From the NCBI GenBank assembly GCA_963844715.1, contig CAWJPJ010000007.1, forward strand, positions 1,216,001-1,280,000: DNA of 64,000 bases, read 5' to 3'. The number at the start of each line of letters is the position of its first letter. The first letter of the stretch is position 1. Shown here piece after piece: positions 42,112 to 52,499 of this stretch. The DNA comes from an uncultured Phycisphaerales bacterium. Lineage in GTDB: Bacteria > Planctomycetota > Phycisphaerae > Tepidisphaerales > Tepidisphaeraceae. The notes below the pieces were generated by a model. That model ran no database searches. It had not been told where the DNA came from and worked only from the letters and a program-made list of their open reading frames with translations. The position numbers and the translations under genes were made by a program.

Positions 42112-43590
42112 ATGCGTTTAATCAAGCGTGGTGTGTTGATCTGTGCGGTTCTGGCCGGTTGCACGGTTGGGCCGGATTACAAACAGCCGAAGATGACCCT
42201 GCCGGCGCAATTCAGCGAGGCGGCATCGGCGACGCGCCCGACCACCGAGGCGTCGGCGGCCGTCGCGCCGGGCCAGCAGGATTTCCAAAAGTGGTGGCAG
42301 ACGTTCGACGATCCGCAGCTTAATTCGCTCATCGACCGGGCCGTGAAGGGGAATCCGAACTTGATCGCGGCCGAAGCGCGCGTGCGCGAGGCAAGGGCGA
42401 ATCGCGGAATCGCGGCGTCGGCGTACTATCCGCAGATCAATGCGGATGGACAGTTTTCCCACTCGCGGGAAAGCTCGAATCTCCCGGGGCTGAGCGGCTT
42501 CGAATCCGGGGGCGGTTTTCCGGGGCAGGAGAGCGATCTGTTCGATGTCGGGTTCGACGCGTCGTGGGAAGTGGACATTTTCGGCGGAACCCGCCGCGGC
42601 GTCGAGGCGGCGGATGCTTCCATTCAAGCGGCCATCGAGGATCGCCGCGATGTCCTCGTCAGCCTGCTGGCGGAAGTCGCGTCCAATTACGTCCAGCTTC
42701 GCGGCGCTCAGCGGCAATTGGATGTGGCGCAAGCGAATTTGCACAGCCAGGAGCAGACGTTGACTCTGACGCGCAATCGGGCGGAAGGGGGGCTGTCTCC
42801 CTATTTGGATGTGGCGCAGCAGGAGGCCCAGGTCGCGGCTACCGCGGCGCAAATTCCGGGCCTCGAGACCCAGATTCGTATGAATATCCACCACCTGGGG
42901 ATTTTGCTGGGCCAGGACCCCGGCGCCCTCTCGCAGGAGCTAGGCCCGGCCGGCCCGATCCCCGTCGGACCCGGGGCGATTCCGCCGGGATTGCCGGGCG
43001 ATTTGCTGCTCCGGCGGCCGGATATTCGCCGCGCCGAAAGGCAGCTGGCCGCCCAGACCGCGGAGATCGGAGTCGCCACCGCGGATCTCTATCCGAAATT
43101 CTCCATCACCGGCACGCTGGGAGATGAGGCGAATCAGTTTCGAAAGCTCTTCGAATATTCGAGCCGCACCTATGAGATCGCCCCCGGCGTGACCTGGGAC
43201 ATTTTCGACGCCGGGAAAGTGAAGTCCAACATCGAAGTGCAAAATGCCCTACAGGCGCAGGCGCTGGAGGTTTACGTGCAGGCGGTGTTGCAAAGCCTCC
43301 AGGATGTGGACGATTCCCTGGTGGCCTTCAACCGCGAGCAGGTAAAACTCCAGTCCATCCGCCAGGAGGTCACGGCCGACCAGCGGGCCCTGAATCTCTC
43401 AACGGATTTGTTCGAGAAAGGCTCAACGGATTTCCTAAGCGTCCTCGATGCCCAGCGCACCCTCTTCGCCGCCCAAACCGATCAGGCGGTCAGCGAGCAA
43501 CAAGTTTCCCTGGATCTAGTGTCCCTATACAAGGCGCTGGGCGGCGGGTGGACGCAGGGGAACCAGGGAGACCACGCGAGTTCGCGGTAG
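42112..43590 (+). CDS. Outer membrane efflux lipoprotein, NodT/OprM family
   Basis: LAGCTVGPDY, WWQTFDDPQL, SWEVDIFG, LLLRRPDIRRAERQL, LYKALGGGW. Confidence 0.95.
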   Translation: MRLIKRGVLICAVLAGCTVGPDYKQPKMTLPAQFSEAASATRPTTEASAAVAPGQQDFQKWWQTFDDPQLNSLIDRAVKGNPNLIAAEARVREARANRGIAASAYYPQINADGQFSHSRESSNLPGLSGFESGGGFPGQESDLFDVGFDASWEVDIFGGTRRGVEAADASIQAAIEDRRDVLVSLLAEVASNYVQLRGAQRQLDVAQANLHSQEQTLTLTRNRAEGGLSPYLDVAQQEAQVAATAAQIPGLETQIRMNIHHLGILLGQDPGALSQELGPAGPIPVGPGAIPPGLPGDLLLRRPDIRRAERQLAAQTAEIGVATADLYPKFSITGTLGDEANQFRKLFEYSSRTYEIAPGVTWDIFDAGKVKSNIEVQNALQAQALEVYVQAVLQSLQDVDDSLVAFNREQVKLQSIRQEVTADQRALNLSTDLFEKGSTDFLSVLDAQRTLFAAQTDQAVSEQQVSLDLVSLYKALGGGWTQGNQGDHASSR

Positions 43591-43812
43591 TGAGAGGTCC
43601 CTTCGAGGTTGCGCGAGTTAGAAAAGAGCTGCGCCGCTTTTTTTTCAGATGTAGCAATCGGATGGCTATTCGAAGCATTTCGACTACAAATTTGCCTTCC
43701 ATCGAATATGTGGCATATTTGAATTCCGACTCTCAACCTTCGGCGCAAGTCTTCGCGCACTGGCGCGGCGTCTACGTACTTATCGCAGAACATCTAATGA
43801 CGGAGGGGTTTA

Positions 43813-44193
43813 ATGGGGATGATGAAGTGGACTTCGCTTTCGCTTATTGGAATGCTGTTACTCCAAGGCTGTTCTGCATTCCAGCCATCAGACCAGATGG
43901 TAACGATTATTGCATCAGAACAGGATGCAACTGTTTACGTTGACAATAACCCGGTGGGAACCAGTCCCGTATCGATCTCGCTGGAACGCGACAGATCGTA
44001 TGCCGTCAGCGCCAAGTATGGCGGACGTGTGGGAACAGCCGTGGTTGGCAGGAAAATCTCCGGCACCGGTGTCTTAGACATCGTTGGTACCTGCCTGTTC
44101 ATTGTTCCAGTTATCGGCTTATTCTCGCCGGGTTTCTGGGATTTGGACCCGACGACCGTTCACGTGCAACTTCCGCCAAGAACCGCGGATTAA
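43813..44193 (+). CDS. Small PEGA-like lipoprotein
   Basis: LLQGC lipobox; ATVYVD...VGTSPVSISL; C-terminal hydrophobic segment. Confidence 0.65.
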   Translation: MGMMKWTSLSLIGMLLLQGCSAFQPSDQMVTIIASEQDATVYVDNNPVGTSPVSISLERDRSYAVSAKYGGRVGTAVVGRKISGTGVLDIVGTCLFIVPVIGLFSPGFWDLDPTTVHVQLPPRTAD

Positions 44194-44237
44194 CAGAAGG
44201 TTCCCGAACCAATCGATTCACGCCGCGGCCACCGATC

Positions 44238-44276
44238 AAAGGCGGTCATAAAGGGGTCACTTCCCGAAATGACCGA
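44238..44276 (+). repeat. Dispersed ~35-bp site, copy 2
   Basis: AAAGGCGGTCATAAAGGGGTCACTTCCCGAAATGACCGA; inverted match to 12361-12399. Confidence 0.75.
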
Positions 44277-44345
44277 AATGCGCTGGAGAATAGGGCAAAT
44301 AGCGGGAAATCAGCGACCCCCCCTATTTACAAACCGCCCGCCCCC

Positions 44346-45150
44346 TCACCCCACCTTAGGCGGAAACTGCGGCTGCGGAATCAGGCACGCCCCCTGCGGT
44401 TCAATCGACGCCATAATCGCCGCCCGATCCTTCTCCATTGCCAGACGCGTCAGCATCTGCCGCAGAAGGATTCGACGCCGAGCCCGGTTGCGCGCGATGT
44501 ACGGATGAAGAACCGCCATCTCCTCCGCCGTCATCGCGTACGCGACGATCATCTCGTCGTCCGCCGCGCCCATCGACGCCGCGTTGAGGATCGTCTCCAA
44601 TCGTTTGTCCCATTGCTCCGTAGTACATCCCGACGGCCGGATCGAGCTCCATCCGGGCGGCTGCGAATTCGTCGTTCCATTTTCCGATGTCGTCCATGGC
44701 TTCTCGGGCGAGATCGGTTCGCGCTGCTTCCTCACTGGTCCTGGCATGAATTCTGTCACGATGCACCTCCTTTTCCGTTGGACCCACCGGCGGCGGGGCC
44801 AGCACTCCCAGCTTTTCCAGCAACTTCACCGCGGTACGCGTGTCCCCGCGCCGCAGCGCCAGCGCAACATTGCTGGTCGCAAGGTCCGTCATCATCACCA
44901 GCCGTGTCCGCGCGCATTGCGCCAGATCGCGCTTCCACAGATCCAGTGCGACCCGGAAGGGATGGGCTCCGTCCAGCCATTGGTAAATGGTTTTTCTCGA
45001 AACGTCCGCCGCCGCCGCCGCAGCGGTGATCGTCCCCCCTCTCATGAGCACCTGCAGCGCAATGGATTGGTCCACATCCAGCCCCTCCATCAAGCGACTC
45101 AGTTCCTTGCCTTCCTCATCGTCATCCTGCGTGGCAATTCGCCGATCCAT
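44346..45150 (-). CDS. Helix-turn-helix protein resembling phage-type (small-terminase-like) HTH proteins; 3' end uncertain
   Basis: QSIALQVL..GGTITAAAAAADVSRKTIYQWL...F..AL; stop at 44401, or 44346 if frameshifted. Confidence 0.6.
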
Positions 45151-45508
45151 AACTTGTCTCCTTGGGACGGCATAGAAGCCGCCGCCATAATCCGGAAAAA
45201 AACGTCGTTCCCTACATAAGGGTGCGCAACCTGAAGGTTTTCGCGCCCTTTCCAGCCCGCGAAATCCCGGCAAGCCGCCTATGCCCGCGTAATGGCTCGA
45301 CTTAGACGAACTTCAAATTTATTTATTTTTATTTGCCCGCTGTCTGCGACCGCCATTCCGCTACGCAAATCACCCAGACCCCCTAATACGCCAAACGCAG
45401 CCAAAGTGTAACCTTTTGGCGAAAACCAAATCGTTCCATCAAAAAAATCGGATGCGCGGCGCAAATAAAATCCTCGACATCGACCGTTCGTTGAACTCGC
45501 CAAACATT

Positions 45509-47294
45509 TCATCGCCGAAACGCGCAGCCGCCTTTTAGGCGGTAAGTGAGACCGGTGTCCGCATCAAGAACCCAGGCGTTAATGGTCGTGTTCTTAATTT
45601 GCGGCGGAATTTCGGCCGGGACGAATCTGGCTTGCCAGCCGGACCATTCGTAAATGGGTTTCCCGTAGCGCTGAAGGATATCCTTGCGAAGGGCGTTGGT
45701 TCTCGCCGGGGCGAAAATGATCGGGCGTCCGCTGGAATCCTGGTAGGTGAGAACGACGCCGTCGGCAAATTGCATCGTGTCTCGATTGATCGCCCAGCCG
45801 CTTACGTCAATAAATCCGCGCGGGTCGGCCGCGCAACCGTCCAATTGCCCGACGACGGGCGCATTCTCGCCGTCATCGCGGGCCTCGAGTTGGCTCGCGT
45901 CGTCGGTTTGAGTCAGGGGAGGATGCAAATACCCCATCTCATTCAAAACGTGCGCCTCGGGAATTACGTTCTGGGGGATGCCAACCAAATAAGGAATTAA
46001 AGGATTATTCGGCAGCTCATCCACCAAAAGCAGTGCGGCCTTCCCCTGCCGTTGGGTCAGGCGGGTTGTCCAGCAGGCGTCCAAAACTTTTGGAACGGCC
46101 AGTCCCTCCAGGACAACAAGAGCCAGAACCAGGCCGCAAAGCGTTACGTTCGCCACCGCGTGGCGGGGAAACGACGCGCCCGCGACCCAATCCGCCGCGA
46201 CGATAGGGATCAGAACCACCAGCGCCAACGGCAAGTAGACGGCAAAGGCGATATACCGGGAAGTGATCGCCTGTTCCGCTCCATATTCGGCGCGAAAAAG
46301 ACGCCATCAAGCCGCTAAGCAGCGCATAAGCGGCGACGATGAACCAGACGATCATTCGATCGCATAACTGCTTTCGCCCGGTCGTCCAGGCCCGCGCGAA
46401 GTATGCTGCGAGGGATAGAAGCATCGCAAACATCACAGCGCCCAGCACGGCACACGCGACGGTCGCGGAGTAGTGAATCGCGTGGGCAAATGGGCTGCCC
46501 ATGAAGACCAGGTTGTAGAGCAGCCGATCGAGAATGCCGATGCCGCCGGAATATTTAGCCGAACTCGGCGGCGCGATGTAATGATGGAAATAGAATCCAA
46601 CGCACAGAAGACAGGCGGCGATCCACGCGAAAACTGCCGCCGATTTTTTGGGCCTATCCAAATCAGCACGCACGGACCAGAGCAGCAGAATGCCCGTAAG
46701 CGGCCAGGCGAGCAGGCCGTTGCCGAAGCAATAGGTGGATGCGGCGGCGAGCACGATGCACAACGCGAGTTTCGACGGCAAAGGCAGACGAGATATCGCG
46801 ATCAGAAAAGACAGAAACAGGATCGCGGTCAGCATCCACTGGTCCAGCCCGATGCCCCAAAGCCAAATCTCGAATTGCAGCGGGGAGAAGATGAGCAGAT
46901 TACAACAGAACCAAATGGGAAGAATTCTTGCGTGTGTCGCCAGTGATTTGCGGATCAACGCCAGGACCACCAGCGAGGTCACGCATGCGCAAGCCCACCC
47001 CATCAGAAGAACGGCGAAGTTGTTCCAGTGCGTCAGAGGATTGGTCAGCAGCAGCAAGAGCCTGGGCACGACGATCCGATGCTCGTTATTTTGGACGAAC
47101 AAATCGGCCAGCGTGGCTTGATGATTGTGGAATTTAACGAACAGCCCCGCGATGCCCGGATCCCATTCGTCATAACGGTGGAAATCGACGCCGTAACGGT
47201 GGATAAGAAGCAGGGGCCCGGCGGCCGGCAGAACTGCGAGCAAGATGCGTATTGATCGCCAAAACCTGGACGTAGAAATTGAGTTGCTCGGCAA
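45509..47294 (-). CDS. Polytopic membrane protein, paralogue of 13961-15758 (frameshift ~46290)
   Basis: GVDFHRYDEWD, ADLFVQNNEHR, THWNN, CNLLIFSP.Q..WLWGIG, GNGLLAWP; shared C-terminal GWA...INAW..D.DTG domain. Confidence 0.75.
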
Positions 47295-47456
47295 GGGGAG
47301 TGCCCCGAGGAATTTTAGGACTAGCTAAAAGAACAAATGATACTCGCAATCAGAAGATCGGTATAAATCCAGCCGCCACCCATCCGGCAGAAACGCTTGG
47401 AAGACCGGGAGGAAGAGATAAGTGCGCGAGCGTTATATGACAAGGGGATCGGCGCG

Positions 47457-47488
47457 AAAAAAGCCCCGGGCGGTTTGTCCCGGGGCTT
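47457..47488 (-). terminator. Intrinsic terminator downstream of the protease Do gene
   Basis: On the minus strand AAGCCCCGGG-loop-CCCGGGGCTT followed by a T tail. Confidence 0.8.
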
Positions 47489-47524
47489 GCCGAAAAAGTT
47501 AGAGCATTTCGGAATGTCGGGAAG

Positions 47525-47566
47525 AACCCTCACCCCGGCCCTCTCCCTGGGTACAGGGAGAGGGGG
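47525..47566 (+). repeat. REP-like palindromic repeat, solo copy D
   Basis: AACCCTCACCCCGGCCCTCTCCCTGGGTACAGGGAGAGGGGG. Confidence 0.85.
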
Positions 47567-47575
47567 AAGAGCGAG

Positions 47576-49143
47576 TTACTGATCGCCATCTCCATTCTGT
47601 AGGAACACAAACCGCGAGACGACGTGGCCGGATTGTTCGTCGCGGCTCACAACATACAGCCGCACGCCTTTGTTGAGGTCGGCCGTTCCCAGGGCGGTTG
47701 CGGCATCCTGGGCGTTGTGGATGGCGGTTCGGAAGACCATGGTAATGACGTCGCCCGGTACCAAGCCGGCTTTTTCCGCGGCGGAGCCGTGGGCGACATC
47801 GGTGATGATCGCGCCGGAGTCGATGCCAAGTTTGTCGGCGGTCGGTTTATCGAGCGTGCCTAGCGTGAGGCCCATTACCTGGGTGGGCTGGGCGACGGCG
47901 GAATTATCCTGACCGGGGGCTGCACCACCCTGCTCCATGGCGGCTTCCAGGTCCTTGGGCTGGTTGCCGATGACGATATCCACGTCCTGATCCTTGCCGT
48001 CGCGGAAGACTTTCAAGGTCGCCTTGGTCCCAGGGGCGGTGCCGGCGACCAGGAATCGCAGTTGCTGGGAGTTGGCGACGGCCTGGCCGGCGAAAGCTTC
48101 GACGATGTCGCCGGGGAAGAGTTTTCCGGTCGCCGGGCTGTCCGGGCCAACTTCTTCGATGAGGACGCCTTCATTGCCGGTGTAACCGAAGCTCTTGGCC
48201 TCTGCCGAGAAATCGGCGACGTCGTGCAGGCTGACGCCGAGCCAGCCGCGGACGACGGTGCCGTTGGTCTTCAGGGAGTTGTAAACGGTACGGGCGTCGT
48301 TGGAGGGGATGGCAAAGCCGATACCCTGGAACCCGCCGCTGCGCGTGGCGATGGCGGTGTTGATGCCGACGACTTCACCGCGGATGTTAACAAGGGGTCC
48401 GCCGCTGTTGCCGGGGTTGATGGGGGCGTCAACCTGAATGAAATCTTCATAGCCCTGTCCGCCCATGATAATGTCGACATGGTCGCGTTTGAGGGCGGAG
48501 ACGATTCCGTGAGTCATAGAGCCGACGTAGCCGAACGGGCTGCCGAAGGCCATGACCCAATCGCCGACTTCGAGTTCATCGCTGTTGCCCCAGCGTGCTG
48601 GAATGAGCCGATCAGCCTTGATTTTGAGGACGGCCAGATCGCTCTTGGGATCGGTGCCGAGGACGGTCACGTCTTTATTAGAGATTTTGCGACCGTCGGA
48701 GAGGAGCACATCGATGGTGCTGGCGTCACCGGCGACGTGATTGTTGGTGAGGATGTATCCAAAGCCGTCGGCGGTGTCCATGATGACGCCGCTGCCGGTG
48801 CCGATTTCTTCCTCGGGCGCGCCGTTATCGGGATTGCCGGGGAAGGGGAAACCATGTTGCTCGAAGAAATGGCGCAGGTCTTCATCGGGTTGTGGGGCGC
48901 CCGCGGTTTGAATGGTCTTCTTCACGTCGATCTGCACGACGGAGGGTTCGACCACTTTATCGACGTGACGGAATACGGTGGAAAGGTCTTCGACGGTGTT
49001 GAGTTCCTGGCGGGTGTTCTCGACGGTAGCCTCGGCGCGAGCAAACTCGACGCGTTCGAGGAGGGGTCGGCCGCCGAAGTAACCGGCGGCGAGACGCCCA
49101 TCGCAAACAGACCTACCACGGCCCTGGATCGAACTGGATTCAT
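47576..49143 (-). CDS. Do/DegP (HtrA) serine protease with two PDZ domains (5' frameshifts)
   Basis: GTGSGVI, LTNNHV, SDLAVLK, IQVDAPINPGNSGGPL, VVRGWLGV. Confidence 0.93.
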
Positions 49144-49162
49144 AAGCGTTGCTCCTGATTGA

Positions 49163-50035
49163 TCAAAATGGTTTCTCGTTTTTTTCGGCGCGAATAAAGG
49201 CCGATTTCTCCTCACGCGGCATTTCGTACAGATGTTCTACGGAAGGATATTTGCCATCGTTCACCATCCGCACATATTTCGCAAAGCACTCGACGAGCGG
49301 CGCCGCGATGTCACCAAGTTCGGGGACAAATCGCGGCTTGTTTCCGGCGGTTAAGCCGAGGGCATCATGCGTCACGAAAACGTGACTGTGGCACGCCGGC
49401 CCTGCCCCGCAGCCGATGACCGGAATCTGGACCGCGTTCACGACGGCCTGGGACGTTTCCGGCGGCACGGCCTCAAGCAGGATCGCGGCCGCGCCCGCAC
49501 GTTCCATTTGTGCGGCGGCGGAGACGATCTGCTCGGCGTCGTCCGCGGTTTTGCCGCGGGCCTGATAACCGCCCGATAAACCGATCGTCTGCGGCCGGAG
49601 GCCCAGGTGTGCAATCATCGCGACACCGGCGTCCGAAAGGCGCGAAATAAGCCGCGCATGGCGGACAGCCGCCTCTATTTTTACACAGTCGCACCCTGAA
49701 AGTTGCACCATACGAACTATGTTTCGGAAGCCCTGGGAGAGGGAAGCCTGGTAGGAACCGAACGGCATGTCCGCTATTACCAAGCAGTTGGGCGCACCCA
49801 GGCGTACGGCTTTGGTGATTTCGATTAGAAAATTGAGGGAAACGGATAATGTGTTGGGGAGGCCGAGGATGACGTTGGCGGCGGAATCCCCAACGAGGAG
49901 GGTTGGGACGCCCGCCTGCTGCATCAGGCGGGCCATTTGAAAGTCGTAGCAGGTGAGCATGGGGATTTTTCGCCCCGATTTGCGGGCTGCCCGCAGGTCG
50001 TTGATGGTGAATTTTCTGGCCGGGAATTCGGACAT
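49163..50035 (-). CDS. panB: 3-methyl-2-oxobutanoate hydroxymethyltransferase
   Basis: MLTCYD, LLVGDS, ADMPFGSY, VKIE, AHLGLRPQ, IPVIGCGAG. Confidence 0.93.
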   Translation of the reverse strand: MSEFPARKFTINDLRAARKSGRKIPMLTCYDFQMARLMQQAGVPTLLVGDSAANVILGLPNTLSVSLNFLIEITKAVRLGAPNCLVIADMPFGSYQASLSQGFRNIVRMVQLSGCDCVKIEAAVRHARLISRLSDAGVAMIAHLGLRPQTIGLSGGYQARGKTADDAEQIVSAAAQMERAGAAAILLEAVPPETSQAVVNAVQIPVIGCGAGPACHSHVFVTHDALGLTAGNKPRFVPELGDIAAPLVECFAKYVRMVNDGKYPSVEHLYEMPREEKSAFIRAEKNEKPF

Positions 50036-50072
50036 ATGGGGAATTGTAGCATCGGCAGAGGGAGATTGAATT

Positions 50073-51269
50073 ATGCAGTCAGAGGGCGAGAATCCGCGTG
50101 CAATGCGGCAATTGGCGACGAACTTACCGATTAATGCGTATACGGGGTGGGGGGTATACGGGCTGAATCTGGCGATGCAGGCCCTCTGTCAGGGGGTGAT
50201 GCCGGTCATCGTCGAGACGCCGAAGTGGACGACCGTGCATCCGTTTGATCGGGCATTGCTGGCCCTGGCGGAGCCGACGCGGCTGGATTTCCAGAAGTGC
50301 GCGGCCGCCGATCCGGAGGCGGTGCTTCAGGTGGACGGGCCGGTGCTGCTGGCGCTGGGGAATCAGCTTGGACCGGATTCGGTGGGGTGGAAACTTCGCG
50401 GGGAGGAGTTGTACGCGACGGTCTTCATGGAGGATCCCGTGCTGAATCCGGGCGCGATTGAGAAAGCGAAAGCCTTTCGAAAGATTCTGTGCGGATCGAG
50501 GTGGAACCAGAAGATTTTGGAGTCATACGGGATTCGAAATTGCGCGACTGTGATTCAGGGGATCGACCCGTCGCTCTTTCATGTGCGGCCGAAGTCGGGA
50601 TTGTGGGAAAATTATTTCGTGATCTTCTCGGGCGGGAAATTGGAATATCGGAAGGGGCAGGACATTGTGATCGCGGCCGTGCGGGAGTTTCAGCGGCGGC
50701 ATCCGGACGCGTTTCTGGCGTTCGCGTGGCAGAATGCCAATCCGGACACCATGCGGGAAATTGACACGGCGGGATTGGTGACGGGATCGCCGGAGGCGCT
50801 GGCCAGCGGGCTTGCGGATTTGGGTCCCTGGTTGAGCCGGCAGGGAGTGGCGCGATTTGTCGATCTGGGTCCGCAAATGAATTGGCAGATCGGGGCGATG
50901 CTGCGGGATGTGGACGTGGCGATTTTTCCAAATCGCGCGGAGGGGGGGACAAATCTGGTGGCGATGGAATGCATGGCGTGCGGGATTCCGACCATTTTGT
51001 CTGCGAACACGGGGCACTTGGATTTGATCTCGGACGAGGTGTGTTACGCGTTAAAAGAACAAACGACGCCGCGCGCGACGGGGACATTTAAGAATGTCGC
51101 GGGATGGGGAGAGTCGAGCGTGGAGGAGTTGATCGAATTGCTGGAGCAGGTTTATCGGGATCGGGACGAAGCGCGGCGGCGCGGAGCGGCGGCAGCGGCT
51201 TTGATGCAACGATTGACGTGGGAAAAGCAGATCGAGCTGCTTCTCGGTGAGCTTAATCTACTGACTTGA
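50073..51269 (+). CDS. Glycosyltransferase, GT4 family
   Basis: TGWG.YG, QGIDPSLF, SGGKLEYRKGQD, FPNRAEGGTNLVAMECMACG.PTI. Confidence 0.85.
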   Translation: MQSEGENPRAMRQLATNLPINAYTGWGVYGLNLAMQALCQGVMPVIVETPKWTTVHPFDRALLALAEPTRLDFQKCAAADPEAVLQVDGPVLLALGNQLGPDSVGWKLRGEELYATVFMEDPVLNPGAIEKAKAFRKILCGSRWNQKILESYGIRNCATVIQGIDPSLFHVRPKSGLWENYFVIFSGGKLEYRKGQDIVIAAVREFQRRHPDAFLAFAWQNANPDTMREIDTAGLVTGSPEALASGLADLGPWLSRQGVARFVDLGPQMNWQIGAMLRDVDVAIFPNRAEGGTNLVAMECMACGIPTILSANTGHLDLISDEVCYALKEQTTPRATGTFKNVAGWGESSVEELIELLEQVYRDRDEARRRGAAAAALMQRLTWEKQIELLLGELNLLT

Positions 51270-52491
51270 CGGGCTTGGGGCCTAGCGTCGCGATGGTCAT
51301 CGGGTCGAAGGGAAACTCTCGGGTAAGTTCGCGCAGCGATTCCGGGGAGACGGCCAGGAGGGTTTCCATGTCTTGTTCGAGGGAGCGGTATTCTTTCGTG
51401 TAGACCCAATTACCGGCCATGGAGCGCATGCGGCCCATGGGGAGTTCACCTTCCAGGACGATGGCGCTGGCGATTTTGTTCTTGGCGCGCTCGACTTCTT
51501 CGTCAGTGAGATCTTTTTTCACGCGCTGGAGTTCGTCGCGGGCGATTTTGAGGGCTTTGGCGGTGCGTTTGGGTTCGGTGGTGAGGGACAAATAAAAGCT
51601 GCCGCAGCCGTCGTGGGGATAGAAGCCGAAATCGGCGTCTTCTGCGATGGCGTTGTCGACCAGGGCCCAATAGAAGCGGCTGCCCTCGGATTCGCCGATG
51701 ACGTCGCCGAGGACTTTGGCGGCGAAGCGACGCTCGTCTTGGGCGGAGGGGCCGGGGGTGAGGGCCATGGTGTATTGGCGATTCAGTTTTTCGTCGAGAA
51801 TGATTTTGCGATTGGGTGAATAGACGGGGACAGAGTGATCGCGTTTGATCCCGCAGGGTTTCCAGGAGCCGCAGAATTCTTCGGCCATGGCGACGAGTTG
51901 GGAAAAGTCGAGTTTCCCAGCGGCGGCCAGGACCATGTTGTCGGGGCCGTAATGGTGCTGGAAATAATCGACCATCTGTTCGCGCGTCAGCGCGCGGATG
52001 GAATCGGCCGAACCGATGACGCTCATTCCCAGGGGATGATCGGCGAAATGCTCGCGCATGACGGCGTCGTAGATTCGGTAGCCCGGGTCGTCCTGGTGCA
52101 TGGCGATTTCTTCGAGGATGACCTTTTTCTCGGTGTCGAAATCCTCCTGGCGGATGGCGGGGCGGAGGAGGTGGGACAGATGCTCGACGACGCGGGCGGT
52201 GAATTCGGGCAGGACGTTCGCGTAATAGGCGGTGTTTTCCTGAGTGGTAAAGGCGTTATAGCGGGCGCCGATTTCGTCGAAGATGCGATTGACGTCTTCC
52301 CAGGTATATCGCTTTGATCCTTTGAACATCATGTGCTCGAGGAAATGGGAAACGCCGTTGATTTTGGGCGGCTCATCGCGGCTGCCGGTGTTGACATAGA
52401 GCCCGGCGGCGAAGGAATGGGCGTCGGCGTCGGATTCGGCGATGACGTCCAGGCCGTTGGGGAGGCGATGATGATGGAATTTCAGGGGCAT
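51253..52491 (-). CDS. M16 (pitrilysin-like) zinc peptidase, catalytic subunit
   Basis: GSRDE....GVSHFLEHMMFKGS (HXXEH); NAFTT.E.T.YY; EKKVILEEI. Confidence 0.93.
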   Translation of the reverse strand: MPLKFHHHRLPNGLDVIAESDADAHSFAAGLYVNTGSRDEPPKINGVSHFLEHMMFKGSKRYTWEDVNRIFDEIGARYNAFTTQENTAYYANVLPEFTARVVEHLSHLLRPAIRQEDFDTEKKVILEEIAMHQDDPGYRIYDAVMREHFADHPLGMSVIGSADSIRALTREQMVDYFQHHYGPDNMVLAAAGKLDFSQLVAMAEEFCGSWKPCGIKRDHSVPVYSPNRKIILDEKLNRQYTMALTPGPSAQDERRFAAKVLGDVIGESEGSRFYWALVDNAIAEDADFGFYPHDGCGSFYLSLTTEPKRTAKALKIARDELQRVKKDLTDEEVERAKNKIASAIVLEGELPMGRMRSMAGNWVYTKEYRSLEQDMETLLAVSPESLRELTREFPFDPMTIATLGPKPVKSVD

Positions 52492-52499
52492 GAGGGATT

